This document shows positions 27,201-41,000 of a DNA stretch of 64,000 bases, piece by piece. The stretch is from Azolla caroliniana (lineage: Eukaryota; Plantae; Polypodiophyta). Under the pieces are notes generated by a model, which made no database searches, was not told the DNA's origin, and saw nothing but the letters and a program-made list of their open reading frames with translations. Made by a program: the position numbers and the translations under genes. Location: contig JBHGNT010000033.1 of assembly GCA_043228905.1 (NCBI GenBank), forward strand, positions 1 through 64,000. The letters run 5' to 3'. The first letter of the stretch is position 1. Each line of letters starts with the position of its first letter.

Positions 27201-27874
27201 GATTGGCCAAGTAACCTTAAAAGTATTAAAAATTTAACACCATGATTTTATCTAACCCCTGCATTGCTATCTCGGTAACAATAAATATGCTCAAACAGTT
27301 GCGAAAAAAATACATAAAAGTAATAATTGGTGATATATTATTGTTATTTGTTGCCAACATGCAAATTCCATACGCTCATTTGTCTGAAATTGTTGAGAAT
27401 TTTACTTCTAATTATGGTCACGCATGTTTTCTTTTCTCGTCTAAGTTTTTCAAATAAAAGGGCTGAGACTTTTTTACCACACCTTCAGTCAATTTTACTA
27501 CACAGGTTGGGTAAGTAGTTAACGATTGGCCAAGTAACCTTACAATTATAAAAAATTTAACACCCTGATTTTGTCCAACCCCTGCATTGCTATCTCGATA
27601 ACAATAAATATGCCCAAACAGTTGCAAAAAATACATAATGACAAAAATAATAATTGGTGGTGATATATTATTCTTATTTGTTGTCAACATGCAAATTCCA
27701 TACGCTCTTTTGTCAGAAATTGTTAAGTAGGCATTGTACCACTCAAGACTTCTACTTCTAATTATGGTCATGCTGGTTTTCTTTTCTCTTGTCTAAGTTT
27801 TTCAAATAAAAGAGCTGAGACTTTTTTACCACACCTTCAGTCAGTTTTACAACACAGGTTGGGTAAGTAGTTAA
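27201..27874. repeat. Tandem duplication, two units of about 320-350 bp, between convergent QNG1 and CAP-D2
   Basis: Units begin GATTGGCCAAGTAACCTTA at 27201 and 27524, and both end GGTTGGGTAAGTAGTTAA. Confidence 0.9.
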
Positions 27875-28002
27875 ATGATACAACAGGTTAGTGTCAATGA
27901 GGAAAGAAGGATTTCAGTATCCCTCCACATGAACAAATATATCATTTGCAACAAATATATCTTTGCACAAGTTGTACAACAGGTTCAGAACTAAAAAGCA
28001 AT

Positions 28003-31000
28003 TCATTTGTGAAGCACACTGCATCTTCTTGGCCTTAACATAGGCTGAGAAATCTGCAGGAAAAGCCATATATAGATTTATCCTTCACAAGCATTAATAA
28101 ACTGATCTACATAGTACATAATCTTCAAAACTAGTATAAATGTTAGATTATACCTTAGTTTCTTCTTCCCTCTTTACAATGTGTTTGCCACCAGCAAAAG
28201 TAGGCAAGTGAGAGTTATCCTCTTCATTTTCCTTGTCTCCTTCCTTATCACAAGAAATTTCTTCGTCAAAAAGGGATGAGGATCCTGCAATCAACAATAC
28301 AAGGAAAGGGAAAAATAAAACACCGAAATACCCCTTTACTCGCTTAGTATTTACCCCATTCTGTAGCACAAAATCTACATTTACTAAAGGTTATTCTGGT
28401 ATGTTATAAAATTTAAAGGTACATTTCGTGAATATTCAAAACTTCAGGGAGTTTTGGTCATTTTTGGTAATTGTATTTCTTTTACCGATTCCAGTAGCGG
28501 ATGATTGTCTCTCCGTAGTAGTAATCACTCCTTCAGTCTTAACTCTTATTCTTGGTCGACGCCTATCCTCGAGAGTATCTTCTTCAGACTTGACCTTCAT
28601 TCTTGATCCCATAGCTACAGAAATCTGTGGACTAATATTCGTGCTAGTTACCTCAGAGTTTCCTTCTGAAGTAACTTGCTCTTGAAAGTCATCATTACGG
28701 ATGAGATCCTCATGCCCCAAGGCAATACTATCGTAAGTACAACCCTTGCTCAAAGAAGAAGAAACCATAGTCATTGTGTTTTCAGAAAGGTCTTGCACTA
28801 CGGAACCGTTACTCAAAGAAGAAGAAGATGGCGTATCCATTGACAAAATCTCAGTGGAGGCTAGAATCTCTTCGGTTTGCATTTGTGCTTCAAAATGTGA
28901 CTGTGCACTTCGCATTGTTGTTTCCTGTTCCTTCCGTTCTTCATGGAATTCAACTATCTTTTTCTCAAATTCATCAATTGTGGCTTTCACTTCTGCCTTG
29001 GCAAACTTCTTCGCCTATTAGACATTTAAAACATGAGCTGTGAAAACTGTTCTTAATCTAATTTAATTAAGTATGAGAGGGCCTCTTAAGAAAGGTGTGA
29101 CAGCAGAGAGCTAATCACCTTGGAGATGATAGTTTTGAAATGACTCACGACCTCATCTAGAGCTAATGTGTGCTGATAGGTCTTGAATAGATCCACAAGC
29201 TTTCGTATGCCTTTGTCAGAGTATGTTAACTGAGAAAGACAATAGCCAATGTTTTGCCATTGCCTTGAATCTGTAAACGCAGATGAATACCTTGAATAAC
29301 TATAAAAATATTAAAACAAGAATAGAAATGTTTTACTTTTATCTATTTTCAACCTGTAGTGCCAAGAAACCTATGACAAAGCTTTTCAATCAGACCTTCC
29401 ATTTGTTTGTCCTGTTTTATCCAGTAAAAAGCAAGATATCATTTAAGCAAATTTGAAACATATTAGGCACATAAACAGAATTTCATGCAGGTTTTGTCCA
29501 GTACATTTCTCCTTAGTTAAGATCTCCAAAATAAAGCTTCTTATAAGCTAAAAGATCTTATCTTGGGTGCATTGAGAAAAAGCTAGATATGATGACTTAT
29601 AATCCCTTACCTTTTTAATTGAACCGATTAAAAACTGCATGATATTGTTGAAGGTTTCTTGTTCAAGTTCTTTCATGCCAGAAAGACGGCTGAGAATGTC
29701 GGGCAGAAGGTTGTAAATTGGGTTATTTCCTGGCCATTTATTGCACAAAAACTCTTTTCAGTTTGAGCCATGAAGCTGTAGTGCACAGAATAGACATCGT
29801 TGTAGGACCAGTTACCTTTTTTTGATAGTTCATGAAAGAAAAGCTTTACTGAGTTAGAAATACTTGAATCCTTGTCCTCTAAACAAAGCGTCAATTCTGT
29901 TATATGGCCCTTTACCTTCATCATATCATTTAGGATGAGATGAGATAGCACTAAAACTGCGTTCTTTCGTACAGATTGGGCGCAATCTCTTAAACGAGCG
30001 TATACATGTTCAGTCCACGGTTCTAATAGGTTTGGAAACCGGACAGTGAGATCACCGAGTGCGATTATACAATTTGAACGGACAGTATCTTCTGATGCAT
30101 TTTGAGCTACCGTAAAGAGTAGCTGTAAATTTTCTTCACTACAAGAGGGTAAAATAACATTATGGTGGCATTCAACATCAACATTATGTTACAACAGATT
30201 CACAGGATCTTACCAGAAATTAGCATCCAGTACCATTAGTTTACAGAGTGCTAGCATTGCTGAAGACTGCAGCATGGGGAACTGTACGAAACCTCAAAGG
30301 GTATTGAAGAGACATTATCACACTTTTTAGCTTCCAAAACTATGTTTTGAAATAATTATATGTCAGAACAAAACAGTGCACATAGAAATCGATAGTCAAA
30401 GGCTGAAAAAGACATATCATATCATTTCTAGCTTTCAAGACTATGTATTCAAAATTGATGGCATACAAAGCTATTGATCTTAACTACATCAGGACAGCGC
30501 AGTGCACATAGAAATGGATAGTAAAAGGCCTTCAGGTATTCGTTAACACATGGAAAACTCATAGAGAAGACAAAGTGTAAAATAGAGAGATAACTTTAAA
30601 AAACATACCTCTTGCATTAGGCTGAAATTTCTAGCAATTTTTGCAACTAAAGGAGCACATGAACCAATCAAAAACTTTCTTGACTGGCCCATAGACAATA
30701 TATCCTTCTCAGCTCTTTCTTGTAGTGTGTCAATCCTTGCATCAAAAGATGCAGCCACACCCAGTTCTGCATTAATGTTTTCTTCCTGCATCAGAAATTG
30801 AACTGTGTTTGTATCTTCCCAATATCAAGTGAACACCGAGAAAACAGCAAGATTATACCTTAGTAAAAGATGAGTGAAAAGCAACAAAAAGGAAGTGACT
30901 AACAGGAAAGGGCAAACCAAATATGATACAAACCTCTAATTGGAAACTATTAAAGTGTATGCCAAGCAGACTATAAAGACCCAGAACTTAATGTAGTACC

Positions 31001-34000
31001 TTTGTTTCATTTCCATGGGGACCAGATTGATTCTCCATGGCTTCTCTTTCCTTGTCATTCCGGGACTTGCGAACTTTACGTACACATGATTCAATATAGA
31101 CAAAATGCTTCAGAGCAATGTGCCCTACTAGGAAAAGGAACCTGCTCAGTGAAGTTACAGAAATTTGGTAATCTGTGCAGCAGGAATCGGTCAATTTAGA
31201 GCTTGGTTCGTTATCAATAGTGAATGTGGATGTATAAAATTTCTTTAGAAGGCTAGATGCAAATGTTTCTGGCTGTGGATGAAGCATGTATATCGCATTG
31301 ATAGCCTGTTCAGCAGTGGCATACCAACTCTCTTCTGGAAGATCAGACATCATTATTACATTTGCCAAATTATTGAATATCTTATGGCTAGTTAGAACTG
31401 TAGAACGATCATCCTCAGACAGCTGTTGGAGAATGTTGCAAGCAGTCCTTGCTAGCATCATGTCTTCTCTTGCCCAGCGACCAAAGCCAATATCAATTAT
31501 ATTTTGCATGTGTGAATTGAGTATCTTTGGAGAAGCTTTTGCCAACATTGACAACACCACTAAGGCTCCTCTACTCTGTTCAACTGTTGCTCCAGGGGCA
31601 TTAAATGTAAAGAAATCCCACAGTGCCATTATCTGAATGAAGAATACTTATCATAAGAATACATTGGAAATCTACATCATTATACAATGGAAAAAACAGT
31701 CTTTGATAAATGCATTACCATATTTTGGGATATCTCCCCTTTCTTGACCAAAGTATATAGTATTCGTTCCATTGATGTAAGATCTCCAATACAAGAATCC
31801 ATGGTAAGATTAATTAGGTTCATAGCTGTTTCAAAAGAATTCTTTTTGACATAGATCATATAAAACGCATTTTCAACTGCATCATGGATTGCTTTTTCTT
31901 GAGAAAAAATCTGCCATAGAAGTATAAGAATAAAGATTTAAAAGAATGAGAAACATAAAGTTGTCTATTTCATGAGCAACAAATAAACAAGTTCAAAAAT
32001 AAGAACCACTCCAGCAGATAACCATTCATTCTCTTACCAAAGGAAGCATTTTTCGAAGACAAGGTTCTGCACCATCAACATTAAACTGTCGTGCGCACAT
32101 CAAAAGTTGAATGGTGTGTTCAACGTCACTGCCATTAGAAGATGCAAGTAGCTGAACAAGCACAGGCATTGTTGAAGCAACACATTTCGTGAAGCGCAAA
32201 CCTGCCTCAAGTGATGCAACAAGGGCTCGTGTTTGTTCTAATCCTCCAACATCAGAAGTTTGCATGGGTTGATGAACTTGCGCTGGATTTTGAGAGAGAC
32301 CACTATCTTCTCCAACTAAACCTTCTGATACCACTTCTTCTGGAACTTCAGAAATATTGAGTTCAGAAGTTTCCTTTCCAATAGGTAGATCTGAATTTTC
32401 ATTGGCCTCATCGCCCCCTTTGTTAGGACCTTCAGCCTGGGACTGTGAACTCATACTCTCCAGCTGTCCTTTGTATTTGCTTAGGGTAGCCTCAAAAGCA
32501 GCAGTTCGGAGCTGTGGTCCAAATGGATTATACTTCAAGAGGGTGGAGAGAAGTTGTAATGCACTCTTGCGCACAATTGCAGCCTTATCTTCAAGACGTC
32601 CAGCAGCCACATCTGCAACCTGATTCCATAAACCAATAGAGACAGCATGATCCTCACACAATTCAGCCCATGTCTGCAATACTCTACTTCTCGTATAGGC
32701 AGTTGTGTCCCTACTTCGTTCAATCAGAACATCAATCATAGCCTGCTTGCTACGGAGTCTATTTGTTTCACTTAAACCATTTCCAGCAAATTCTTTGGAC
32801 ACCTTTGAAATCAACTTCCCGAACACAGAAACCAACGCACTTCTGATTTTGTAAGATTCACCCCCAAAATGTGGCATCAAAATCCCTACATTAGTCGTGA
32901 CAACTTTGGGCAATCTTTCAGCGAGTTCAACAAGGAATTTGCCAATATTATCAGCTCCAAGACCATCCCGAGCATATTCTTTAGGGTTTAATCTTCCTAT
33001 TTCTCTTACTAATGCTACTGCCAAGCTGCTATCATGATACTTCTGATCAGCATGCGCAACAGCTTCTGCCAGGCAGACAGGTAAGTGTTCATGTTTATGA
33101 AGTAAATGAAGGATAGAGGCCGCTGACTGCGTTATATAATGATACTTAGTTGAACAAGATGCTATCAGATTGTAGAGGGCATCCTTCACATCTTTATCTT
33201 TTATTACTGCAGGATCCTCAAGCAATGAAAAGACCCCCCTAAAACCAATAGGATGCATTTATTAGAAAACTGACACATAACAAGATTATTTGACCCTAAA
33301 ACTTATTTTTGCATTTTTGAACTGTTTTGTGCATTATTATCAGTATTTTTTTAAATGCGACGCCTAGAATGCTCACTTTAAAATATAGGCAAGCAGAGTT
33401 TCTTCAGGTTGTGAACTTCCAAAAAGCTGTTTTAGGTCTTCATCTACAGCTGCTGCAAGGAGCCGTACAATCCTTGCTCGTTGTAATTCCCAATCCCAAG
33501 GTTTTGGTAGGTGTTTTTTCCGGCTTTGTTTAGACTGCACAAATTATTAGATAAAAACCAATTGTTTGAAAGTGAAAGAGATGCATTTCATTGAGTTTGT
33601 TTTTAGAACAAACACCTTGGTAGTTGCACGTGCAATAGGTCTTTCTTTCTCTGTATCTGTTCCTGCTGCTTCTGTGAAAGCAATGCTTTGAATGAAATAG
33701 CAATAAATCCTGAAGGCATTTCTATGAGAATGAATGTGATTTCCTAATGAAGATGAATCATCGGAGGATTCTTGAGCAGATTTCAGCAAAGACGTAATGT
33801 TAGGAAGCAAAACACTAAAATTTGAGCTAAGGCTTTCAATCAGGCTTCCTTTCATCACAGGTTCCAATGATGAGAAGCCCCTGTGGAATATAAAAAAATT
33901 AATCAGAAAAACGCAACATTGTGTTGTTATAAACAGGTTTAGGAGAGCAATATTTCTCCCTGAAAAGGATGTCACTGAGTCCCTAAAATCTTTTAACCTG

Positions 34001-34316
34001 ACAAGAGAGTAGACTTGATCAAAAATCTCTTGCTCCTCGATACATAAAACTTCTTTGTCTGCCAGATCGAAGGCCAATCCTACATGAAAGCAAAGGTTAT
34101 CCTATCCTCAGAAACTTTGTCTAAACTTTGAAACTAGGTAGCATATTTGGCATAAATACACAAACCTTTGACTAATTGTTCAACTTCATCAGGTTGTAAT
34201 GCATCGATGTCAGTGACTTTTTCAGCAAAAAGTCGATTCTCTCCATCATCAGGAGGGATTTCAAGATCTCTAAGATTAAGAGGAACAACAAACGGAGGGG
34301 AACTAGGTCCCTGCAT
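28003..34316 (-). CDS. CAP-D2: Condensin complex subunit 1 (CAP-D2/Cnd1), multi-exon HEAT-repeat protein
   Basis: Exon translations include HRNAFRIY, ERSRDTTAYTRSRVLQTW, GRLEDKAAIVRKSALQLL, ALCKLMVLDANFC, LSHLILNDMMKVKG and NPIYNLLPDILSRLS. Start MQGPSSPPFVVP at 34316. The last two short exons and the stop at 28003 are less certain. Confidence 0.92.
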
Positions 34317-34649
34317 ATTCTCAAAATGGAACAGTAGGCAGGCAAAGAATCACTAGTGCTCCTTCGTTCAATTAAATCTCTGCTCTTTCTGCCTTTGATG
34401 AAAAGCTGTTTTACTCCTGTCAAGCGTCCATTACCTGTGTACAGGCGGCTTGAAAAGGAGGAGGAGGAGGAGAGAAGAACAAGCAGTAAAATAACGCAGA
34501 AGTCCATTACCTGTGAGATTCTTTCTTCTCCTGGTTCTGAGATGTTCTGTGTCCTTCCTTTGTCTCTGCAAAACGAGCGGGAGATCCAAATTTCAAACAC
34601 GGACAGGAAAGAAAGCTACGACGCACCACGTCTTCTCTTCCTCATTTTT

Positions 34650-34815
34650 TTGTGTGTGTGTGTGTGTGTTTGTTTGTTTGTTTGTTTGTTTGTTTGTTTG
34701 TTTGTTTGATCGTTCGCTAGCTAGCAAGGCAAGGCAAGGGACTGGGAGGGAGAGAAAGCCGCTTTCACACTTTCACTTTGGATGGCCGGCAGCCAGGCAG
34801 GCCAGGCCAGGCCAG
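34650..34815. repeat. Compound microsatellites (GT)n, (GTTT)n, (GCAAG)n, (GCCAG)n upstream of CAP-D2
   Basis: Directly visible simple repeats. Confidence 0.85.
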
Positions 34816-37396
34816 GCCCTCTTCTCTCTTGTTCTTTCTTTCGTCTCTCAATAGAAATATATTATAATAATAAAAATGAACGACACAACCTTTTTCCTCT
34901 CGGACATCGATGCCTCATTCCGATCTCCATCTCGTTCCTCGTTCGTTGCTGCTGCTGAGGTCAAACTGTGTGTTATACGTTTTTGGGGAGGTTTCAAAGG
35001 GGTGTGTGGATGATGGACACGAAGGAAGGAAGCCCACATTAACAAACAATAACATATTGGGAGGGGCGTGTTTAGTGTTCATTAACTTGGTCTACATTGC
35101 AAGATTGAGACAAAGACAGCCAGTAGCAATGTGTCGATGGCATGGTATGGAGATAAACAACAATTGGGTTCAGGAGGTGTGGACGGAGGGATGTACTAAA
35201 TAAATAATATATATGGTTGGCTTGTAACCAAAAGTATGTGTGTTGCCTGCCTGCCTACCAGCCAATGGTGATTGACATGGCTCTAAACTGGTCACTTGGA
35301 TGAGGTTGAGTTTATGATGTCATGGATTGTATTGTTCCCACGGTGACAATGATTTCTCCCGAGCCAAAGTATGTGCGACATCATTAATGAACCCCGTGGT
35401 AGTAAACAAGTGGTTGCAAAGAGGTAGAATTCATATCAAAGGAGAAAATGTCAGACTATAATATTTCCTCCCCGAGATTATAGTTAGGAAAAACTTAAAA
35501 AAAGGTGGTAAATAAACATCCTTGAGCATGGATGGAGGAGTCTTACCCATGAGCTCGAGCAACCCTTTAGTTGGTTATATGTCTTCTAACTATGCACGTA
35601 CACCCTTTACCCATCCATAATATCATTGTATTTGTTGTGGCCTACCCGTACAATATATGTACGATCATTACACCACCTTGCCGTATAGCTTCGTCAAGTC
35701 CACAAACATCCTCGAAGTTAATACAACGGTATTTCTCATACAACTCTTCCTGTTGATGCAAATGAGTGTTTGTTCGTCACTCAATCATTCAACCATTCTC
35801 ATTAGTTAGAGTGAAAATATCACTTGCCATACATGAAATTCATCATCATTTCATAAAGATAAATTTCTCTATATTTATTTGGCAAGCAAGTAGCATATGA
35901 GCTTCTTGATTCGGGAGGCCCACTTTTTGTTAGGGGCAAGCTTTTGACCTAGACCGATGGGACTTTGAAAGCTAACTCTTTTTCTTTTTGTGCCGCACAT
36001 ATGCTCATCCATATTAATACATAGACATTCATGATAAATCCATGACCCATCATATATCGCATGTTAAACATCCTTGGCATACCCATGACCATTAAATATG
36101 ACTCGTTGTTGTTGATACCATTAATTCAAACCAATCATTGTTAATATCACCGGCTCAACAACATTAACTTAAAGTACTTGTTGTTGATACAATTAACATA
36201 TATTAATGGCATTGACAATACTTTTAACATAAATAATTATTTCTACACTATTAACATGAATGTTTGCAGTAACATTAGGAAACAACCATCATCGTTAAAC
36301 GATGGGTATAAACCCCTTAGGCCTACATGAAGATTAACAAAAACAATTGTTGCAATGTTGTTGATATAAAACCATTATTGCCAGAACGTTGACATGTATC
36401 CTTGTATTGTAATCATTAACGTGAACTTATTTCAATAAGCATAAGGCATGCTATCATTTAACGTTTATGAGTTCCGAATGGGTCTCTCTCTCTTATATTA
36501 GTGTTAATGTTGAGCTTTTATATGTAACATTTGAGAAACAAATTGGGAGGCGTGCATTGAATTCCATTCCATGAATAACTCTTGTATCTACACAAACTAG
36601 ATACGCTTATTTCACATTCTCTTTCATTCATGACATGCACATATAATTTGGTTGTGTAGCACTTACACTCCCAAACATATTAGCATATCCAACTACTTAT
36701 AGAGCTTCCTATAGTGTTATACTTGTTTGAAATTTACATGTCTAGTATGCAAATAATCTATGATTATATATGTACATATATGCTAGCAAACACAAGACTA
36801 GAAAAGGCACAAATTAAAGTAACACAAAAACCGGATATGTAGACATGTTAGAATTGATTTTCACATATGTACAAACAAGACTTGATTGTTCTCAATCCGG
36901 AGTATTAGTTCGATTAAATCGAATTCCCCCACAAAACATCAAAAGATACATCATAGAGTTAAAAAGAGTTGATGAATAGTAACTTGTAGAGTCGAAACAT
37001 GATATGAACAATCTAAAGAGAATGAAGGATGCACAATATTCGTCCAACCACACAATCACAACAACGTTTCATCGATTCAACATCGAAAATGGGATCAAGT
37101 GAGGGCATCTCAAAAACAACAACTACATGGCTAACACTCACATACTCATGAGTCATAATACGATGAAACACTCAGTATGTAAGCTTGCAACTTATAACTG
37201 GTGCACTTTGGATTACTCAATCCTATTCTAACAACAACACACACACACACACACACACACACATTGCCCGGAACCACACATACATACATACATATACATA
37301 CATGTTGGATTCGTTGGATGGGATCAAAAGAGGAGGGAGAGAAATCTCACATGAGACCGCAATATGTATGTACTATGTACATATCAATATCTCCTC

Positions 37397-37894
37397 TAAC
37401 AATTGGCAACGGTTCGGTTTGAGAGGGTCCAAACTGAATCGTTTAATTTTTTTGAAACCTGAACCAAACCAAACCATGAAACTGTTAAACCGAACTGTTA
37501 AACATTTTTCAAATCGTTAAACCGTAAAAACTACGGTTTCGGTTTTCAACATAGGTCAAAATTTTAAATTTTAAAAATTTATAATATTTCATTAAATTTT
37601 TTTTTTAAAAATTTTAAGATGTTCCTAAAATGTGAAAATAAGGTCTAAAAATGAAAAGATTGTTTTAAAACAATTTTTAGAATTTTTTAGAATTTTTTAA
37701 AAATTTTAAAAATTTAAAAAAATAAAAAATAAAAAATAAAAAACTGTTAAACCGTTTAAACCGCGGTTTTTTACTGATGAAACCGAACCGAACCGAACCG
37801 TTTTAAAAAACCAAAGCCAAACCGAACCGAACCGTTGAAGCCGTTAAACCGTGGTTTCGAGGTTCGGTTCAAACCGAACCGTTGCCGATTGTTA
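37397..37894. mobile_element. Non-autonomous hAT-like MITE about 180 bp upstream of the THUMP gene start
   Basis: About 26-bp TIR TAACAATTGGCAACGGTTCGGTTTGA / TCAAACCGAACCGTTGCCGATTGTTA (1 mismatch), flanked by ATCTCCTC/CTCTCCTC. Subterminal AACCG repeats and an AT-rich core. Confidence 0.82.
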
Positions 37895-38074
37895 CTCTCC
37901 TCCTCTCCTTCCTACTTTTCTCACATTTTTCCTTGCAAGTAAAAAACGTACATACATAACTATTAATCATCTCTTTCTTTGTTTCTCAGAATAACCCGAC
38001 GCGAGAGTTTCTCTCTCCTCACCAGTCACCATTTCTGCCATATTCTTCTTCCTCTTATCGAAGCACAAAACGAA

Positions 38075-41000
38075 ATGGCCAAGTATTGGGCGTCCTGTCC
38101 TCCAGGCCTAGAATTCGCTCTCATTGCAGAGGCAAGCTTTCATTCTTTACTCTCAGAAGCATTGCATCTTCTGTTTATTGTTGTAATCGATGCATATGTC
38201 TTCTTCTGTTGGGTAGCTTGAAAGAGGTCCATCAAAGAATAAGAACACGTCACCTTCTTCACTTTCACTATTCCGGAAGTAGCTTTATGGAATGAACTCC
38301 TAGAAATAATACTTAATAACTCCATAAAAACCTAGAGATTCATGGCTATTTCCATGGTCACTGCTAGTTTTACTCTCTTCGGGGCTCAAAAATCAGAATT
38401 GTGGAATGATCACGTAAAAAATTCAAACTTGTTTATTTATTCCAAAAAACAGCAAGAAAAACTCTTGGATTTATGCAATAATATTTGAAAGACCTTTGTT
38501 TAATTTTCTTTGCCCAAAGAAAATAGAGAGGCTAATGCTTAATGTAGCTTTTAACTCATACAGCATATGCAGGGATTTTATTACTACTAAACGAGGGTGC
38601 AAGCAACATTATAAAACAGTTTATGACACATTCATGAATGGAACAAATGTAGCATATTATAGTTTGTCTTTTCCTAGTGTAGAAGAGTTGACAATACTTG
38701 CCTGTTTGATCCATTCCATGCTTTTTATGCAGCTTAAGGGTTTGGACCACATCAATATACTTTGCGATTCTTTGATTTTTGGAGGCGTTATTTTCTCAAC
38801 ACTATCCAGACCGATGGTCATAAACTCCCTTTGATGCTGGCTAGTCGTGTTTGATTCTAGAAACATACAGTGATTATTCAATAAGTATATTTAGAACCAT
38901 TTTTTTCCCAGGAACTCATGAAGCTGCGGGCTGCTGATAATATCTATGCCTTTCTTGGGAGGTTCCAGGTTTGATCCTTTCAATATTAGAACGTATAATA
39001 TAATGGTCATATAACTGGAACTAAGATAATTTTTGAACATTGACAGGATCTTCCCTCAGACAAAGAAATCGCCATTGCCTATTTCAATGAGTTAATAGGG
39101 ATGGTAATCTGACTTCCACATACGCAACTTAAAGACAATTTTCTTATCTTGGACATGACCTAATGTGGGATAAAATATCTCTCACAGGTAGATTGGAAAC
39201 TTCCTCTCGATATGTTTTGGGAGTGGAAATATCAGAAGTTTGAAATCGTAACAGGAAGAGAGGGGAACCAACCGCACTCCTTTCGTGTTTCCTGTGACAG
39301 GGCATGCATTGCAATGAAGAAACATGGATTTACCTCTATGGAAGCAGCAGGTTTTAGTTTTAGTTTGTGTACACTATTTTTTGCAGTGTCTTGGTCCTTT
39401 GGGAAGTTACAATATTTGATGCGTATGATCATTTTTATCAGCTGCTTTAGGTGGAGGAATTCATGAACGGTTTGGATGGCCAGCAGATATGCTTTCTTAT
39501 GACTGTAAGTTTGTCTATGAGGTGCAATAGAGTATCTTCATTTTATAGATATCATTTATCTAATGATACACTCATAAGAAGGGGAAATCTACCATAAAAA
39601 TTAGAAAAATGTCATTGTCTGTTTGTTTAGTGGAAGTATTAGCGTGGATCAGAGACGAGGAAATTCTTTTGGTTCTTGCGCTACTGTATAGGTACATGTC
39701 TATTAGTGAGGATGTACGTTTTCGTGTTAGGATCAATATATAGAACTGATGTGACTTATTCTATGTCTGTATGTATGTCTCTCGCTTGTTTGGGAATGTT
39801 AGGGATCTAGACAAGCTCAATACTAAAGGAGGAACTATTAGCAATAATGAACTACAGAATGAAAAAGGCAATGCTAATGAATTTTTTATGGAAGAGATAA
39901 TTCAAAGGCCTCCACGGACCAGTCGTGTAGATTCTCAAGTGAGTTGTTCATGCCACTTATTACTATACAGATTCCTTTCATGTTCCAACAGCCAATGAAT
40001 GAACTTGAAGAGTTTCAAGACATATTTCTATCCTATATGTTATTATTTGCCTGTATGTTACCTATAGTGGTATCAATCAATTTTGCAGCTTTATGCACAC
40101 AGGAAATATCGAAAGTCACTTGTGGATACATCCCTCAAACCAAGGTAAAATGGACACTCTTTCTCTCCCCATATAAATATATATTAGTTTTTTATCTTAA
40201 AGAAAATAAGTTTTCTAATGTGACACAAAACCTGATTTAATGTTCTTAAGCGGTCACTGTTGCTGCTGATATCATTGATTCATCTCACAAAATGTGACTG
40301 ATTTATCTGCAACCTGAGTATTAGGAGAAAACACAAACAGAAAATGTTTAGCTGGTCCAATATCACTTGTAACACTGAACTCATTACATGGCAAGAACAA
40401 TCAACAGGGAGCCTAATTCTTTTAATATGAGGCAAAATACTATATGTATGTATCTTGGCCTCTTCTAGAAAAGAAAAGAAACGATCTGTTGAATAATTGT
40501 CTACTATTCCTCTTGTGTAGTGTCGCAAATGCATTGCTACAGCTTGGACGCATTCTTCCTGGGAACGTGGTTCTAGATCCGATGTATGTCCTTAGCTAAT
40601 GGATAAAATCATTACTATTGAATTCCTGGACTGCATATTGGTTATGATTATTGATTAGGTCTAGGATTATCAAGAAACTGAAGAGTCTGTATTTGCTTAG
40701 GTTCATGGTTTTGTCTTAAGTTCATACAAAAGTGGCTTTTGAAATCATGCAGGTGTGGGTGTGGGACAATCCCATTTGAGGCTGTGGATTGGCATGGTAA
40801 TCAGATTTTCAGTATGGCAGGTGATGTTAGCACGAGAGCTGTGGATACAACCTTTGAGAATTTGAAAGGTGTGTAACATTCAATTGCATTGAAAAATCAT
40901 AGACGACCCTGCAATGAAAACAAAAAATGAACATGACATTTTATTGTTTGAGAGGGTTTAGTAAGTATCAAAACTATTAATAAGTACTGTCCCACTTAGT

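Noticed and set aside
34172-34854. Several 110-140 aa ORFs upstream of CAP-D2
   Set aside because: They arise from 5'UTR and microsatellite sequence, have low-complexity translations and show no family motifs.
38217-38280. Candidate exon 2 of the THUMP gene
   Set aside because: It gives no family-like sequence and no phase-compatible join. The exon at 38733-38816 fits much better.
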